Positions 39,948 through 53,992 of a stretch of 64,000 bases of DNA are shown piece after piece. Both the position numbers and the translations under genes were made by a program. The DNA is from Auanema rhodensis (lineage: Eukaryota; Animalia; Nematoda): NCBI GenBank assembly GCA_964057225.1, contig OZ059897.1:4092001-4156000 (forward strand). Direction: 5' to 3'. Within the stretch, counting starts at the first letter, position 1, and each line of letters opens with the position of its first letter. The notes beneath the pieces were generated by a model that saw only the letters and a list, made by a program, of their open reading frames with translations, ran no database searches and had not been told where the DNA came from.

Positions 39948-42900
39948 ATGATTTTTTCGTTGAAAAACATTGTCCATCGTATTCGTCTTGAAAAAAAGAA
40001 TCTAAAAACATCTACTTTTTGTGAAATTATTCAGAAATTTTTCGGGAAAATTTTTGTCACAATGTTTTTGGAAGCAATGTTGAGTGTACATGGGAACTCA
40101 GCATACACTAATGCATTATTTTTCAAACGATCATAACTAATTTTTGTATAGAGCGTTTCTCAATGTAGTATAGTGCATTCGATGCGGATTTTTAAGCTGC
40201 GTCGATCTGTGTTATCAGATTTGAGTTAGCTTAAAAATGCACCGAGATATCAACTGATATATGTTCACACTTATATCCTCGATTTTCACCCTGAAGAATT
40301 ATATTTTTCGTTGAATAGCATTGTCCATCGTCTTAGCCTTGAAAAAAGGAATCTAAAAACATTTACTTTTTGCGAAATTATTCAGAAATTTTTCGGGAAA
40401 ATTTTTGTCAAAATGTTTTTCGAAGCAATGTTGAGTGTACATGGGAACTCAGCATACACTAATGCATTATTTTTCAAACGATCATAACTAATTTTTGTAT
40501 AAAGCGTTTCTCAATGTAGTATAGTGCATTCGATGCGGATTTTTAAGCTGCGTCGATATGTGTTATCAGATTTGAGTTAGCTTAAAAATGCACCGAGATA
40601 TCAACTGATATATGTTCACACTTATATCCTCGATTTTCACCCTGAAGAAATGATTTTTTCGTTGAATAACATTGTCCATCGTCTTCGTCTTGAAAAAAGG
40701 AATCTAAAAACATCTACTTTTTGTGAAATTATTTAGAAATTTTTCGGGAAAATTTTTGTCAAAATGTTTTTGGAAGCAATGTTGAGTGTACATGGGAACT
40801 CAACATACACTAATGCATTATTTTTCATACGATCATAACTAATTTTTGTATAAAGCGTTTCTCAATGTAGTATAGTGCATTCGATGCGGATTTTTAAGCT
40901 GCGTTGATCTGTGTTATCAGATTTGAGTTAACTTAAAAATGCACCGAGATATCAACTGATATATGTTCACACTTATATCCTCGATTTTCACCCTGAAGAA
41001 ATGATTTTTTTGTTGAAAAACATTGTCCATCGTATTCGTCTTGAAAAAAGGAATCTAAAAACATCTACTTTTTGTGAAATTATTTAGAAATTTTTCGGGA
41101 AAATTTTTGTCAAAATGTTTTTGGAAGCAATGTTGAGTGTACATGGGAACTCAGCATACACTAATGCATTATTTTTCAAACGATCAAAACTAATTTTTGT
41201 ATAGAGCGTTTCTCAATGTAGTATAGTTCATTCGATGCGGATTTTTAAGCTGCGTCGATCTGTGTTATCAGATTTGAGTTAGCTTAAAAATGCACCGAGA
41301 TATCAACTGATATATGTTCACACTTATATCCTCGATTTTCACCCTGAAGAAATGATTTTTTCGTTAACAAACATTGTCTATCGTATTCGTCTTGAAAAAA
41401 GGAATCTAAAAACATCTACTTTTTGTGAAATTATTTAGAAATTTTTCGGGAAAATTTTTGTCACAATGTTTTTGGAAGCAATGTTGAGTGTACATGGGAA
41501 CTCAGCATACACTAATGCATTATTTTTCAAACGATCATAACTAATTTTTGTATAGAGCGTTTCTCAATGTAGTATAGTGCATTCGATGCGGATTTTTAAG
41601 CTGCGTCGATCTGTGTTATCAGATTTGAGTTAGCTTAAAAATGCACCGAGATATCAACTGATATATGTTCACACTTATATCCTCGATTTTCACCCTGAAG
41701 AATTATATTTTTCGTTGAATAGCATTGTCCATCGTCTTAGCCTTGAAAAAAGGAATCTAAAAACATTTACTTTTCGCGAAATTATTCAGAAATTTTTCGG
41801 GAAAATTTTTGTCAAAATGTTTTTCGAAGCAATGTTGAGTGTACATGGGAACTCAGCATACACTAATGCATTATTTTTCAAACGATCATAACTAATTTTT
41901 GTATAAAGCGTTTCTCAATGTACTATAGTGCATTCGATGCGGATTTTTAAGCTGCGTCGATCTGTGTTATCAGATTTGAGTTAGCTTAAAAATGCACCGA
42001 GATATCAACTGATATATGTTCACACTTATATCCTCGATTTTCACCCTGAAGAAATGATTTTTTCGTTAACAAACATTGTCTATCGTATTCGTCTTGAAAA
42101 AAGGAATCTAAAAACATCTACTTTTTGTGAAATTATTTAGAAATTTTTCGGGAAAATTTTTGTCAAAATGTTTTTGGAAGCAATGTTGAGTGTACATGGG
42201 AACTCAGCATACACTAATGCATTATTTTTCAAACGATCATAACTAATTTTTGTATAGAGCGTTTCTCAATGTAGTATAGTTCATTCGATGCGGATTTTTA
42301 AGCTGCGTCGATCTGTGTTATCAGATTTGAGTTAGCTTAAAAATGCACCGAGATATCAACTGATATATGTTCACACTTATATCCTCGATTTTCACCCTGA
42401 AGAAATGATTTTTTCGTTAACAAACATTGTCTATCGTATTCGTCTTGAAAAAAGGAATCTAAAAACATCTACTTTTTGTGAAATTATTTAGAAATTTTTC
42501 GGGAAAATTTTTGTCAAAATGTTTTTGGAAGCAATGTTGAGTGTACATGGGAACTCAACATACACTAATGCATTATTTTTCAAACGATCATAACTAATTT
42601 TTGTATAGAGCGTTTCTCAATGTAGTATAGTGCATTCGATGCGGATTTTTAAGCTGCGTTGATCTGTGTTATCAGATTTGAGTTAGCTTGAAAATGCACC
42701 GAGATATCAACTGATATATGTTCACACTTATATCCTCGATTTTCACCCTGAAGAATTAATTTTTTCGTTGAATAACATTGTCCATCGTCTTTGCCTTGAA
42801 AAAAGAAATCTAAAAACTCCTACTTTTTGTGAAATTATTCAGAAATTTTTCGGGAAAATTTTTGTCACAATGTTTTTGGAAGCAATGTTGAGTGTACATG

Positions 42901-44124
42901 GGAACTCAGCATACACTAATGCATTATTTTTCAAACGATCATAACTAATTTTTGTATAGAGCGTTTCTCAATGTAGTATAGTGCATTCGATGCGGATTTT
43001 TAAGCTGCGTGGATCTGTGTTATCAGATTTGAGTTAGCTTAAAAATGCACCGAGATATCAACTGATATATGTTCACACTTATATCCTCGATTTTCACCCT
43101 GAAGAATTATATTTTTCGTTGAATAGCATTGTCCATCGTCTTAGCCTTGAAAAAAGGAATCTAAAAACATTTACTTTTTGCGAAATTATTCAGAAATTTT
43201 TCGGGAAAATTTTTGTCAAAATGTTTTTCGAAGCAATGTTGAGTGTACATGGGAACTCAGCATACACTAATGCATTATTTTTCAAACGATCATAACTAAT
43301 TTTTGTATAAAGCGTTTCTCAATGTAGTATAGTGCATTCGATGCGGATTTTTAAGCTGCGTCGATCTGTGTTATCAGATTTGAATTAGCTTAAAAATGCA
43401 CCGAGATATCAACTGATATATGTTCACACTTATATCCTCGATTTTCACCCTGAAGAAATGATTTTTTCGTTAACAAACATTGTCTATCGTATTCGTCTTG
43501 AAAAAAGGAATCTAAAAACATCTACTTTTTGTGAAATTATTTAGAAATTTTTCGGGAAAATTTTTGTCAAAATGTTTTTGGAAGCAATGTTGAGTGTACA
43601 TGGGAACTCAGCATACACTAATGCATTATTTTTCAAACGATCATAACTAATTTTTGTATAGAGCGTTTCTCAATGTAGTATAGTTCATTCGATGCGGATT
43701 TTTAAGCTGCGTCGATCTGTGTTATCAGATTTGAGTTAGCTTAAAAATGCACCGAGATATCAACTGATATATGTTCACACTTATATCCTCGATTTTCACC
43801 CTGAAGAAATGATTTTTTCGTTAACAAACATTGTCTATCGTATTCGTCTTGAAAAAAGGAATCTAAAAACATCTACTTTTTGTGAAATTATTTAGAAATT
43901 TTTCGGGAAAATTTTTGTCAAAATGTTTTTGGAAGCAATGTTGAGTGTACATGGGAACTCAACATACACTAATGCATTATTTTTCAAACGATCATAACTA
44001 ATTTTTGTATAGAGCGTTTCTCAATGTAGTATAGTGCATTCGATGCGGATTTTTAAGCTGCGTCGATCTGTGTTATCAGATTTGCGCTAGCTTAAAAATG
44101 CACCGAGTAATCAACTGATATAGG

Positions 44125-47100
44125 TTCACACTTATATCCTCGATTTTCACCCTGAAGAATTAATTTTTTCGTTGAATAACATTGTCCATCGTCTTTGCCT
44201 TGAAAAAAGAAATCTAAAAACTCCTACTTTTTGTGAAATTATTTAGAAATTTTTCGGGAAAATTTTTGTCACAATGTTTTTGGAAGCAATGTTGAGTGTA
44301 CATGGGAACTCAACATACACTAATGCATTATTTTTCAAACGATCATAACTAATTTTTGTATGGAGCGTTTCTCAATGTAGTATAGTGTATTCGATGCGGA
44401 TTTTTAAGCTGCGTTGATCTGTGTTATCAGATTTGCGCTAGCTCAAAAATGCACCGAGTAATCAACTGATATAGGTTCACACTTATATCCTCGATTTTCA
44501 CCCTGAAGAATTAATTTTTTCGTTGAATAACATTGTCCATCGTCTTTGCCTTGAAAAAAAAAATCTAAAAACTCCTACTTTTTGTGAAATTATTTAGAAA
44601 TTTTTCGGGAAAATTTTTGTCACAATGTTTTTGGAAGCAATGTTGAGTGTACATGGGAACTCAGCATACACTAATGCATTATTTTTCAAACGATCATAAC
44701 TAATTTTTGTATAGAGCGTTTCTCAATGTAGTATAGTGCATTCGATGCGGATTTTTAAGCTGCGTCGATCTGTGTTATCAGATTTGAGTTAGCTTAAAAA
44801 TGCACCGAGATATCAACTGATATATGTTCACACTTATATCCTCGATTTTCACCCTGAAGAAATGATTTTTTCGTTGAAAAACATTGTCCATCGTATTCGT
44901 CTTGAAAAAAAGAATCTAAAAACATCTACTTTTTGTGAAATTATTCAGAAAATTTTCGGGAAAATTTTTGTCAAAATGTTTTTGGAAGCAATGTTGAGTG
45001 TACATGGGAACTCAACATACACTAATGCATTATTTTTCAAACGATCATAACTAATTTTTGTATGGAGCGTTTCTCAATGTAGTATAGTGCATTCGATGCG
45101 GATTTTTAAGCTGCGTTGATCTGTGTTATCAGATTTGCGCTAGCTTAAAAATGCACCGAGTAATCAACTGATATAGGTTCACACTTATATCCTCGATTTT
45201 CACCCTGAAGAATTAATTTTTTCGTTGAATAACATTGTCCATCATCTTTGCCTTGAAAAAAGAAATCTAAAAACTCCTACTTTTTGTGAAATTATTTAGA
45301 AATTTTTCGGGAAAATTTTTGTCACAATGTTTTTGGAAGCAATGTTGAGTGTACATGGGAACTCAGCATACACTAATGCATTATTTTTCAAACGATCATA
45401 ACTAATTTTTGTATGGAGCGTTTCTCAATGTAGTATAGTGCATTCGATGCGGATTTTTAAGCTGCGTTGATCTGTGTTATCAAATTTGCGCTAGCTTAAA
45501 AATGCACCGAGTAATCAACTGATATAGGTTCACACTTATATCCTCGATTTTCACCCTGAAGAATTAATTTTTTCGTTGAATAACATTGTCCATCGTCTTT
45601 GCCTTGAAAAAAGAAATCTAAAAACTCCTACTTTTCGTGAAATTATTTAGAAATTTTTCGGGAAAATTTTTGTCACAATGTTTTTGGAAGCAATGTTGAG
45701 TGTACATGGGAACTCAGCATACACTAATGCATTATTTTTCAAACGATCATAACTAATTTTTGTATAGAGCGTTTCTCAATGTAGTATAGTGCATTCGATG
45801 CGGATTTTTAAGCTGCGTCGATCTGTGTTATCAGATTTGAGTTAGCTTGAAAATGCACCGAGATATCAACTGATATATGTTCACACTTATATCCTCGATT
45901 TTCACCCTGAAGAAATGATTTTTTCGTTGAAAAACATTGTCCATCGTATTCGTCTTGAAAAAAGGAATCTAAAAACATCTACTTTTTGTGAAATTATTTA
46001 GAAATTTTTCGGGAAAATTTTTGTCACAATGTTGATTTGATTTGAAGATTTGAGTTAGCTTAAAAATGCGCCGAGATATCAACTGATATATGTTCACACT
46101 TATATCCTCGATTTTCACCCTGAAGAAATGATTTTTTCGTTGAAAAACATTGTCCATCGTATTCGTCTTGAAAAAAAGAATCTAAAAACATCTACTTTTT
46201 GTGAAATTATTCAGAAATTTTTCGGGAAAATTTTTGTCAAAATGTTTTTGGAAGCAATGTTGAGTGTACATGGGAACTCAGCATACACTAATGCATTATT
46301 TTTCAAACGATCATAACTAATTTTTGTATAGAGCGTTTCTCAATGTAGTATAGTGCATTCGATGCGGATTTTTAAGCTGCGTCGATCTGTGTTATCAGAT
46401 TTGCGCTAGCTTAAAAATGCACCGAGATATCAACTGATATATGTTCACACTTATATCCTCGATTTTCACCCTGAAGAATTAATTTTTTCGTTGAATAACA
46501 TTGTCCATCGTCTTTGCCTTGAAAAAAGAAATCTAAAAACTCCTACTTTTTGTGAAATTATTTAGAAATTTTTCGGGAAAATTTTTGTCACAATGTTTTT
46601 GGAAGCAATGTTGAGTGTACATGGGAACTCAACATACACTAATGCATTATTTTTCAAACGATCATAACTAATTTTTGTATGGAGCGTTTCTCAATGTAGT
46701 ATAGTGTATTCGATGCGGATTTTTAAGCTGCGTTGATCTGTGTTATCAGATTTGCGCTAGCTCAAAAATGCACCGAGTAATCAACTGATATAGGTTCACA
46801 CTTATATCCTCGATTTTCACCCTGAAGAATTAATTTTTTCGTTGAATAACATTGTCCATCGTCTTTGCCTTGAAAAAAAAAATCTAAAAACTCCTACTTT
46901 TTGTGAAATTATTTAGAAATTTTTCGGGAAAATTTTTGTCACAATGTTTTTGGAAGCAATGTTGAGTGTACATGGGAACTCAGCATACACTAATGCATTA
47001 TTTTTCAAACGATCATAACTAATTTTTGTATAGAGCGTTTCTCAATGTAGTATAGTGCATTCGATGCGGATTTTTAAGCTGCGTCGATCTGTGTTATCAG

Positions 47101-48720
47101 ATTTGAGTTAGCTTAAAAATGCACCGAGATATCAACTGATATATGTTCACACTTATATCCTCGATTTTCACCCTGAAGAAATGATTTTTTCGTTGAAAAA
47201 CATTGTCCATCGTATTCGTCTTGAAAAAAAGAATCTAAAAACATCTACTTTTTGTGAAATTATTCAGAAAATTTTCGGGAAAATTTTTGTCAAAATGTTT
47301 TTGGAAGCAATGTTGAGTGTACATGGGAACTCAACATACACTAATGCATTATTTTTCAAACGATCATAACTAATTTTTGTATGGAGCGTTTCTCAATGTA
47401 GTATAGTGCATTCGATGCGGATTTTTAAGCTGCGTTGATCTGTGTTATCAGATTTGCGCTAGCTTAAAAATGCACCGAGTAATCAACTGATATAGGTTCA
47501 CACTTATATCCTCGATTTTCACCCTGAAGAATTAATTTTTTCGTTGAATAACATTGTCCATCATCTTTGCCTTGAAAAAAGAAATCTAAAAACTCCTACT
47601 TTTTGTGAAATTATTTAGAAATTTTTCGGGAAAATTTTTGTCACAATGTTTTTGGAAGCAATGTTGAGTGTACATGGGAACTCAGCATACACTAATGCAT
47701 TATTTTTCAAACGATCATAACTAATTTTTGTATGGAGCGTTTCTCAATGTAGTATAGTGCATTCGATGCGGATTTTTAAGCTGCGTTGATCTGTGTTATC
47801 AAATTTGCGCTAGCTTAAAAATGCACCGAGTAATCAACTGATATAGGTTCACACTTATATCCTCGATTTTCACCCTGAAGAATTAATTTTTTCGTTGAAT
47901 AACATTGTCCATCGTCTTTGCCTTGAAAAAAGAAATCTAAAAACTCCTACTTTTCGTGAAATTATTTAGAAATTTTTCGGGAAAATTTTTGTCACAATGT
48001 TTTTGGAAGCAATGTTGAGTGTACATGGGAACTCAGCATACACTAATGCATTATTTTTCAAACGATCATAACTAATTTTTGTATAGAGCGTTTCTCAATG
48101 TAGTATAGTGCATTCGATGCGGATTTTTAAGCTGCGTCGATCTGTGTTATCAGATTTGAGTTAGCTTGAAAATGCACCGAGATATCAACTGATATATGTT
48201 CACACTTATATCCTCGATTTTCACCCTGAAGAAATGATTTTTTCGTTGAAAAACATTGTCCATCGTATTCGTCTTGAAAAAAGGAATCTAAAAACATCTA
48301 CTTTTTGTGAAATTATTTAGAAATTTTTCGGGAAAATTTTTGTCACAATGTTGATTTGATTTGAAGATTTGAGTTAGCTTAAAAATGCGCCGAGATATCA
48401 ACTGATATATGTTCACACTTATATCCTCGATTTTCACCCTGAAGAAATGATTTTTTCGTTGAAAAACATTGTCCATCGTATTCGTCTTGAAAAAAAGAAT
48501 CTAAAAACATCTACTTTTTGTGAAATTATTCAGAAATTTTTCGGGAAAATTTTTGTCAAAATGTTTTTGGAAGCAATGTTGAGTGTACATGGGAACTCAG
48601 CATACACTAATGCATTATTTTTCAAACGATCATAACTAATTTTTGTATAGAGCGTTTCTCAATGTAGTATAGTGCATTCGATGCGGATTTTTAAGCTGCG
48701 TCGATCTGTGTTATCAGATT
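44125..48720. repeat. Second, compositionally different tandem duplication with 2319-bp period, type A monomers at 45915 and 48234
   Basis: 44862/47181, 45969/48288 and 46128/48447 differ by 2319. Edges approximate. Confidence 0.88.
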
Positions 48721-51700
48721 TGAGTTAGCTTAAAAATGCACCGAGATATCAACTGATATATGTTCACACTTATATCCTCGATTTTCACCCTGAAGAATTA
48801 TATTTTTCGTTGAATAGCATTGTCCATCGTCTTAGCCTTGAAAAAAGGAATCTAAAAACATTTACTTTTTGCGAAATTATTCAGAAATTTTTCGGGAAAA
48901 TTTTTGTCAAAATGTTTTTCGAAGCAATGTTGAGTGTACATGGGAACTCAGCATACACTAATGCATTATTTTTCAAACGATCATAACTAATTTTTGTATA
49001 AAGCGTTTCTCAATGTAGTATAGTGCATTCGATGCGGATTTTTAAGCTGCGTCGATCTGTGTTATCAGATTTGAGTTAGCTTAAAAATGCACCGAGATAT
49101 CAACTGATATATGTTCACACTTATATCCTCGATTTTCACCCTGAAGAAATGATTTTTTCGTTAACAAACATTGTCTATCGTATTCGTCTTGAAAAAAGGA
49201 ATCTAAAAACATCTACTTTTTGTGAAATTATTTAGAAATTTTTCGGGAAAATTTTTGTCAAAATGTTTTTGGAAGCAATGTTGAGTGTACATGGGAACTC
49301 AGCATACACTAATGCATTATTTTTCAAACGATCATAACTAATTTTTGTATAGAGCGTTTCTCAATGTAGTATAGTTCATTCGATGCGGATTTTTAAGCTG
49401 CGTCGATCTGTGTTATCAGATTTGAGTTAGCTTAAAAATGCACCGAGATATCAACTGATATATGTTCACACTTATATCCTCGATTTTCACCCTGAAGAAA
49501 TGATTTTTTCGTTAACAAACATTGTCTATCGTATTCGTCTTGAAAAAAGGAATCTAAAAACATCTACTTTTTGTGAAATTATTTAGAAATTTTTCGGGAA
49601 AATTTTTGTCAAAATGTTTTTGGAAGCAATGTTGAGTGTACATGGGAACTCAACATACACTAATGCATTATTTTTCAAACGATCATAACTAATTTTTGTA
49701 TAGAGCGTTTCTCAATGTAGTATAGTGCATTCGATGCGGATTTTTAAGCTGCGTTGATCTGTGTTATCAGATTTGAGTTAGCTTGAAAATGCACCGAGAT
49801 ATCAACTGATATATGTTCACACTTATATCCTCGATTTTCACCCTGAAGAATTAATTTTTTCGTTGAATAACATTGTCCATCGTCTTTGCCTTGAAAAAAG
49901 AAATCTAAAAACTCCTACTTTTTGTGAAATTATTCAGAAATTTTTCGGGAAAATTTTTGTCACAATGTTTTTGGAAGCAATGTTGAGTGTACATGGGAAC
50001 TCAGCATACACTAATGCATTATTTTTCAAACGATCATAACTAATTTTTGTATAGAGCGTTTCTCAATGTAGTATAGTGCATTCGATGCGGATTTTTAAGC
50101 TGCGTCGATCTGTGTTATCAGATTTGAGTTAGCTTAAAAATGCACCGAGATATCAACTGATATATGTTCACACTTATATCCTCGATTTTCACCCTGAAGA
50201 ATTATATTTTTCGTTGAATAGCATTGTCCATCGTCTTAGCCTTGAAAAAAGGAATCTAAAAACATTTACTTTTTGCGAAATTATTCAGAAATTTTTCGGG
50301 AAAATTTTTGTCAAAATGTTTTTCGAAGCAATGTTGAGTGTACATGGGAACTCAGCATACACTAATGCATTATTTTTCAAACGATCATAACTAATTTTTG
50401 TATAAAGCGTTTCTCAATGTAGTATAGTGCATTCGATGCGGATTTTTAAGCTGCGTCGATCTGTGTTATCAGATTTGCGCTAGCTTAAAAATGCACCGAG
50501 TAATCAACTGATATAGGTTCACACTTATATCCTCGATTTTCACCCTGAAGAATTAATTTTTTCGTTGAATAACATTGTCCATCGTCTTTGCCTTGAAAAA
50601 AGAAATCTAAAAACTCCTACTTTTTGTGAAATTATTTAGAAATTTTTCGGGAAAATTTTTGTCACAATGTTTTTGGAAGCAATGTTGAGTGTACATGGGA
50701 ACTCAACATACACTAATGCATTATTTTTCAAACGATCATAACTAATTTTTGTATAGAGCGTTTCTCAATGTAGTATAGTGCATTCGATGCGGATTTTTAA
50801 GCTGCGTCGATCTGTGTTATCAGATTTGAGTTAGCTTAAAAATGCACCGAGATATCAACTGATATATGTTCACACTTATATCCTCGATTTTCACCCTGAA
50901 GAATTATATTTTTCGTTGAATAGCATTGTCCATCGTCTTAGCCTTGAAAAAAGGAATCTAAAAACATTTACTTTTTGCGAAATTATTCAGAAATTTTTCG
51001 GGAAAATTTTTGTCAAAATGTTTTTCGAAGCAATGTTGAGTGTACATGGGAACTCAGCATACACTAATGCATTATTTTTCAAACGATCATAACTAATTTT
51101 TGTATAAAGCGTTTCTCAATGTAGTATAGTGCATTCGATGCGGATTTTTAAGCTGCGTCGATCTGTGTTATCAGATTTGAGTTAGCTTAAAAATGCACCG
51201 AGATATCAACTGATATATGTTCACACTTATATCCTCGATTTTCACCCTGAAGAAATGATTTTTTCGTTAACAAACATTGTCTATCGTATTCGTCTTGAAA
51301 AAAGGAATCTAAAAACATCTACTTTTTGTGAAATTATTTAGAAATTTTTCGGGAAAATTTTTGTCAAAATGTTTTTGGAAGCAATGTTGAGTGTACATGG
51401 GAACTCAGCATACACTAATGCATTATTTTTCAAACGATCATAACTAATTTTTGTATAGAGCGTTTCTCAATGTAGTATAGTTCATTCGATGCGGATTTTT
51501 AAGCTGCGTCGATCTGTGTTATCAGATTTGAGTTAGCTTAAAAATGCACCGAGATATCAACTGATATATGTTCACACTTATATCCTCGATTTTCACCCTG
51601 AAGAAATGATTTTTTCGTTAACAAACATTGTCTATCGTATTCGTCTTGAAAAAAGAAATCTAAAAACTCCTACTTTTTGTGAAATTATTTAGAAAATTTT

Positions 51701-52658
51701 CGGGAAAATTTTTGTCAAAATGTTTTTGGAAGCAATGTTGAGTGTACATGGGAACTCAACATACACTAATGCATTATTTTTCAAACGATCATAACTAATT
51801 TTTGTATGGAGCGTTTCTCAATGTAGTATAGTGCATTCGATGCGGATTTTTAAGCTGCGTTGATCTGTGTTATCAGATTTGCGCTAGCTTAAAAATGCAC
51901 CGAGTAATCAACTGATATAGGTTCACACTTATATCCTCGATTTTCACCCTGAAGAATTAATTTTTTCGTTGAATAACATTGTCCATCATCTTTGCCTTGA
52001 AAAAAGAAATCTAAAAACTCCTACTTTTTGTGAAATTATTTAGAAATTTTTCGGGAAAATTTTTGTCACAATGTTTTTGGAAGCAATGTTGAGTGTACAT
52101 GGGAACTCAGCATACACTAATGCATTATTTTTCAAACGATCATAACTAATTTTTGTATGGAGCGTTTCTCAATGTAGTATAGTGCATTCGATGCGGATTT
52201 TTAAGCTGCGTTGATCTGTGTTATCAAATTTGCGCTAGCTTAAAAATGCACCGAGTAATCAACTGATATAGGTTCACACTTATATCCTCGATTTTCACCC
52301 TGAAGAATTAATTTTTTCGTTGAATAACATTGTCCATCGTCTTTGCCTTGAAAAAAGAAATCTAAAAACTCCTACTTTTCGTGAAATTATTTAGAAATTT
52401 TTCGGGAAAATTTTTGTCACAATGTTTTTGGAAGCAATGTTGAGTGTACATGGGAACTCAGCATACACTAATGCATTATTTTTCAAACGATCATAACTAA
52501 TTTTTGTATAGAGCGTTTCTCAATGTAGTATAGTGCATTCGATGCGGATTTTTAAGCTGCGTCGATCTGTGTTATCAGATTTGAGTTAGCTTGAAAATGC
52601 ACCGAGATATCAACTGATATATGTTCACACTTATATCCTCGATTTTCACCCTGAAGAA

Positions 52659-53992
52659 ATGATTTTTTCGTTGAAAAACATTGTCCATCGTATTCGTCTT
52701 GAAAACAGGAATCTAAAAACATCTACTTTTTGTGAAATTATTTAGAAATTTTTCGGGAAAATTTTTGTCACAATGTTGATTTGATTTGAAGATTTGAGTT
52801 AGCTTAAAAATGCGCCGAGATATCAACTGATATATGTTCACACTTATATCCTCGATTTTCACCCTGAAGAAATGATTTTTTCGTTGAAAAACATTGTCCA
52901 TCGTATTCGTCTTGAAAAAAAGAATCTAAAAACATCTACTTTTTGTGAAATTATTCAGAAATTTTTCGGGAAAATTTTTGTCAAAATGTTTTTGGAAGCA
53001 ATGTTGAGTGTACATGGGAACTCAACATACACTAATGCATTATTTTTCAAACGATCATAACTAATTTTTGTATGGAGCGTTTCTCAATGTAGTATAGTGC
53101 ATTCGATGCGGATTTTCAAGCTGCGTTGATCTGTGTTATCAGATTTGCGCTAGCTTAAAAATGCACCGAGTAATCAACTGATATAGGTTCACACTTATAT
53201 CCTCGATTTTCACCCTGAAGAATTAATTTTTTCGTTGAATAACATTGTCCATCGTCTTTGCCTTGAGAAAAGCAATCTAAAAACTCCTACTTTTTGTGAA
53301 ATTTTTTAGAAATTTTTCGGGAAAATTTTTGTCACAATGTTTTTGGAAGCAATGTTGAGTGTACATGGGAACTCAGCATACACTAATGCATTATTTTTCA
53401 AACGATCATAACTAATTTTTGTATAGAGCGTTTCTCAATGTAGTATAGTGCATTCGATGCGGATTTTTAAGCTGCGTCGATCTGTGTTATCAGATTTGAG
53501 TTAGCTTAAAAATGCACCGAGATATCAACTGATATATGTTCACACTTATATCCTCGATTTTCACCCTGAAGAATTATATTTTTCGTTGAATAACATTGTC
53601 CATCGTCTTAGCCTTGAAAAAAGGAATCTAAAAACATTTACTTTTTGCGAAATTATTCAGAAATTTTTCGGGAAAATTTTTTTCGATCTGTGTTATCAGA
53701 TTTGAGTTAGCTTGAAAATGCACCGAGATATCAACTGATATATGTTCACACTTATATCCTCGATTTTCACCCTGAAGAAATGATTTTTTCGTTGAAAAAC
53801 ATTGTCCATCGTATTCGTCTTGAAAAAAGGAATCTAAAAACATCTACTTTTTGTGAAATTATTTAGAAATTTTTCGGGAAAATTTTTGTCACAATGTTGA
53901 TTTGATTTGAAGATTTGAGTTAGCTTAAAAATGCACCGAGATATCAACTGATATATGTTCACACTTATATCCTCGATTTTCACCCTGAAGAA
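52659..53992. repeat. Cassette 213-351-351-206-213
   Basis: Type A at 52659, B at 53574 and A at 53780. Confidence 0.95.
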
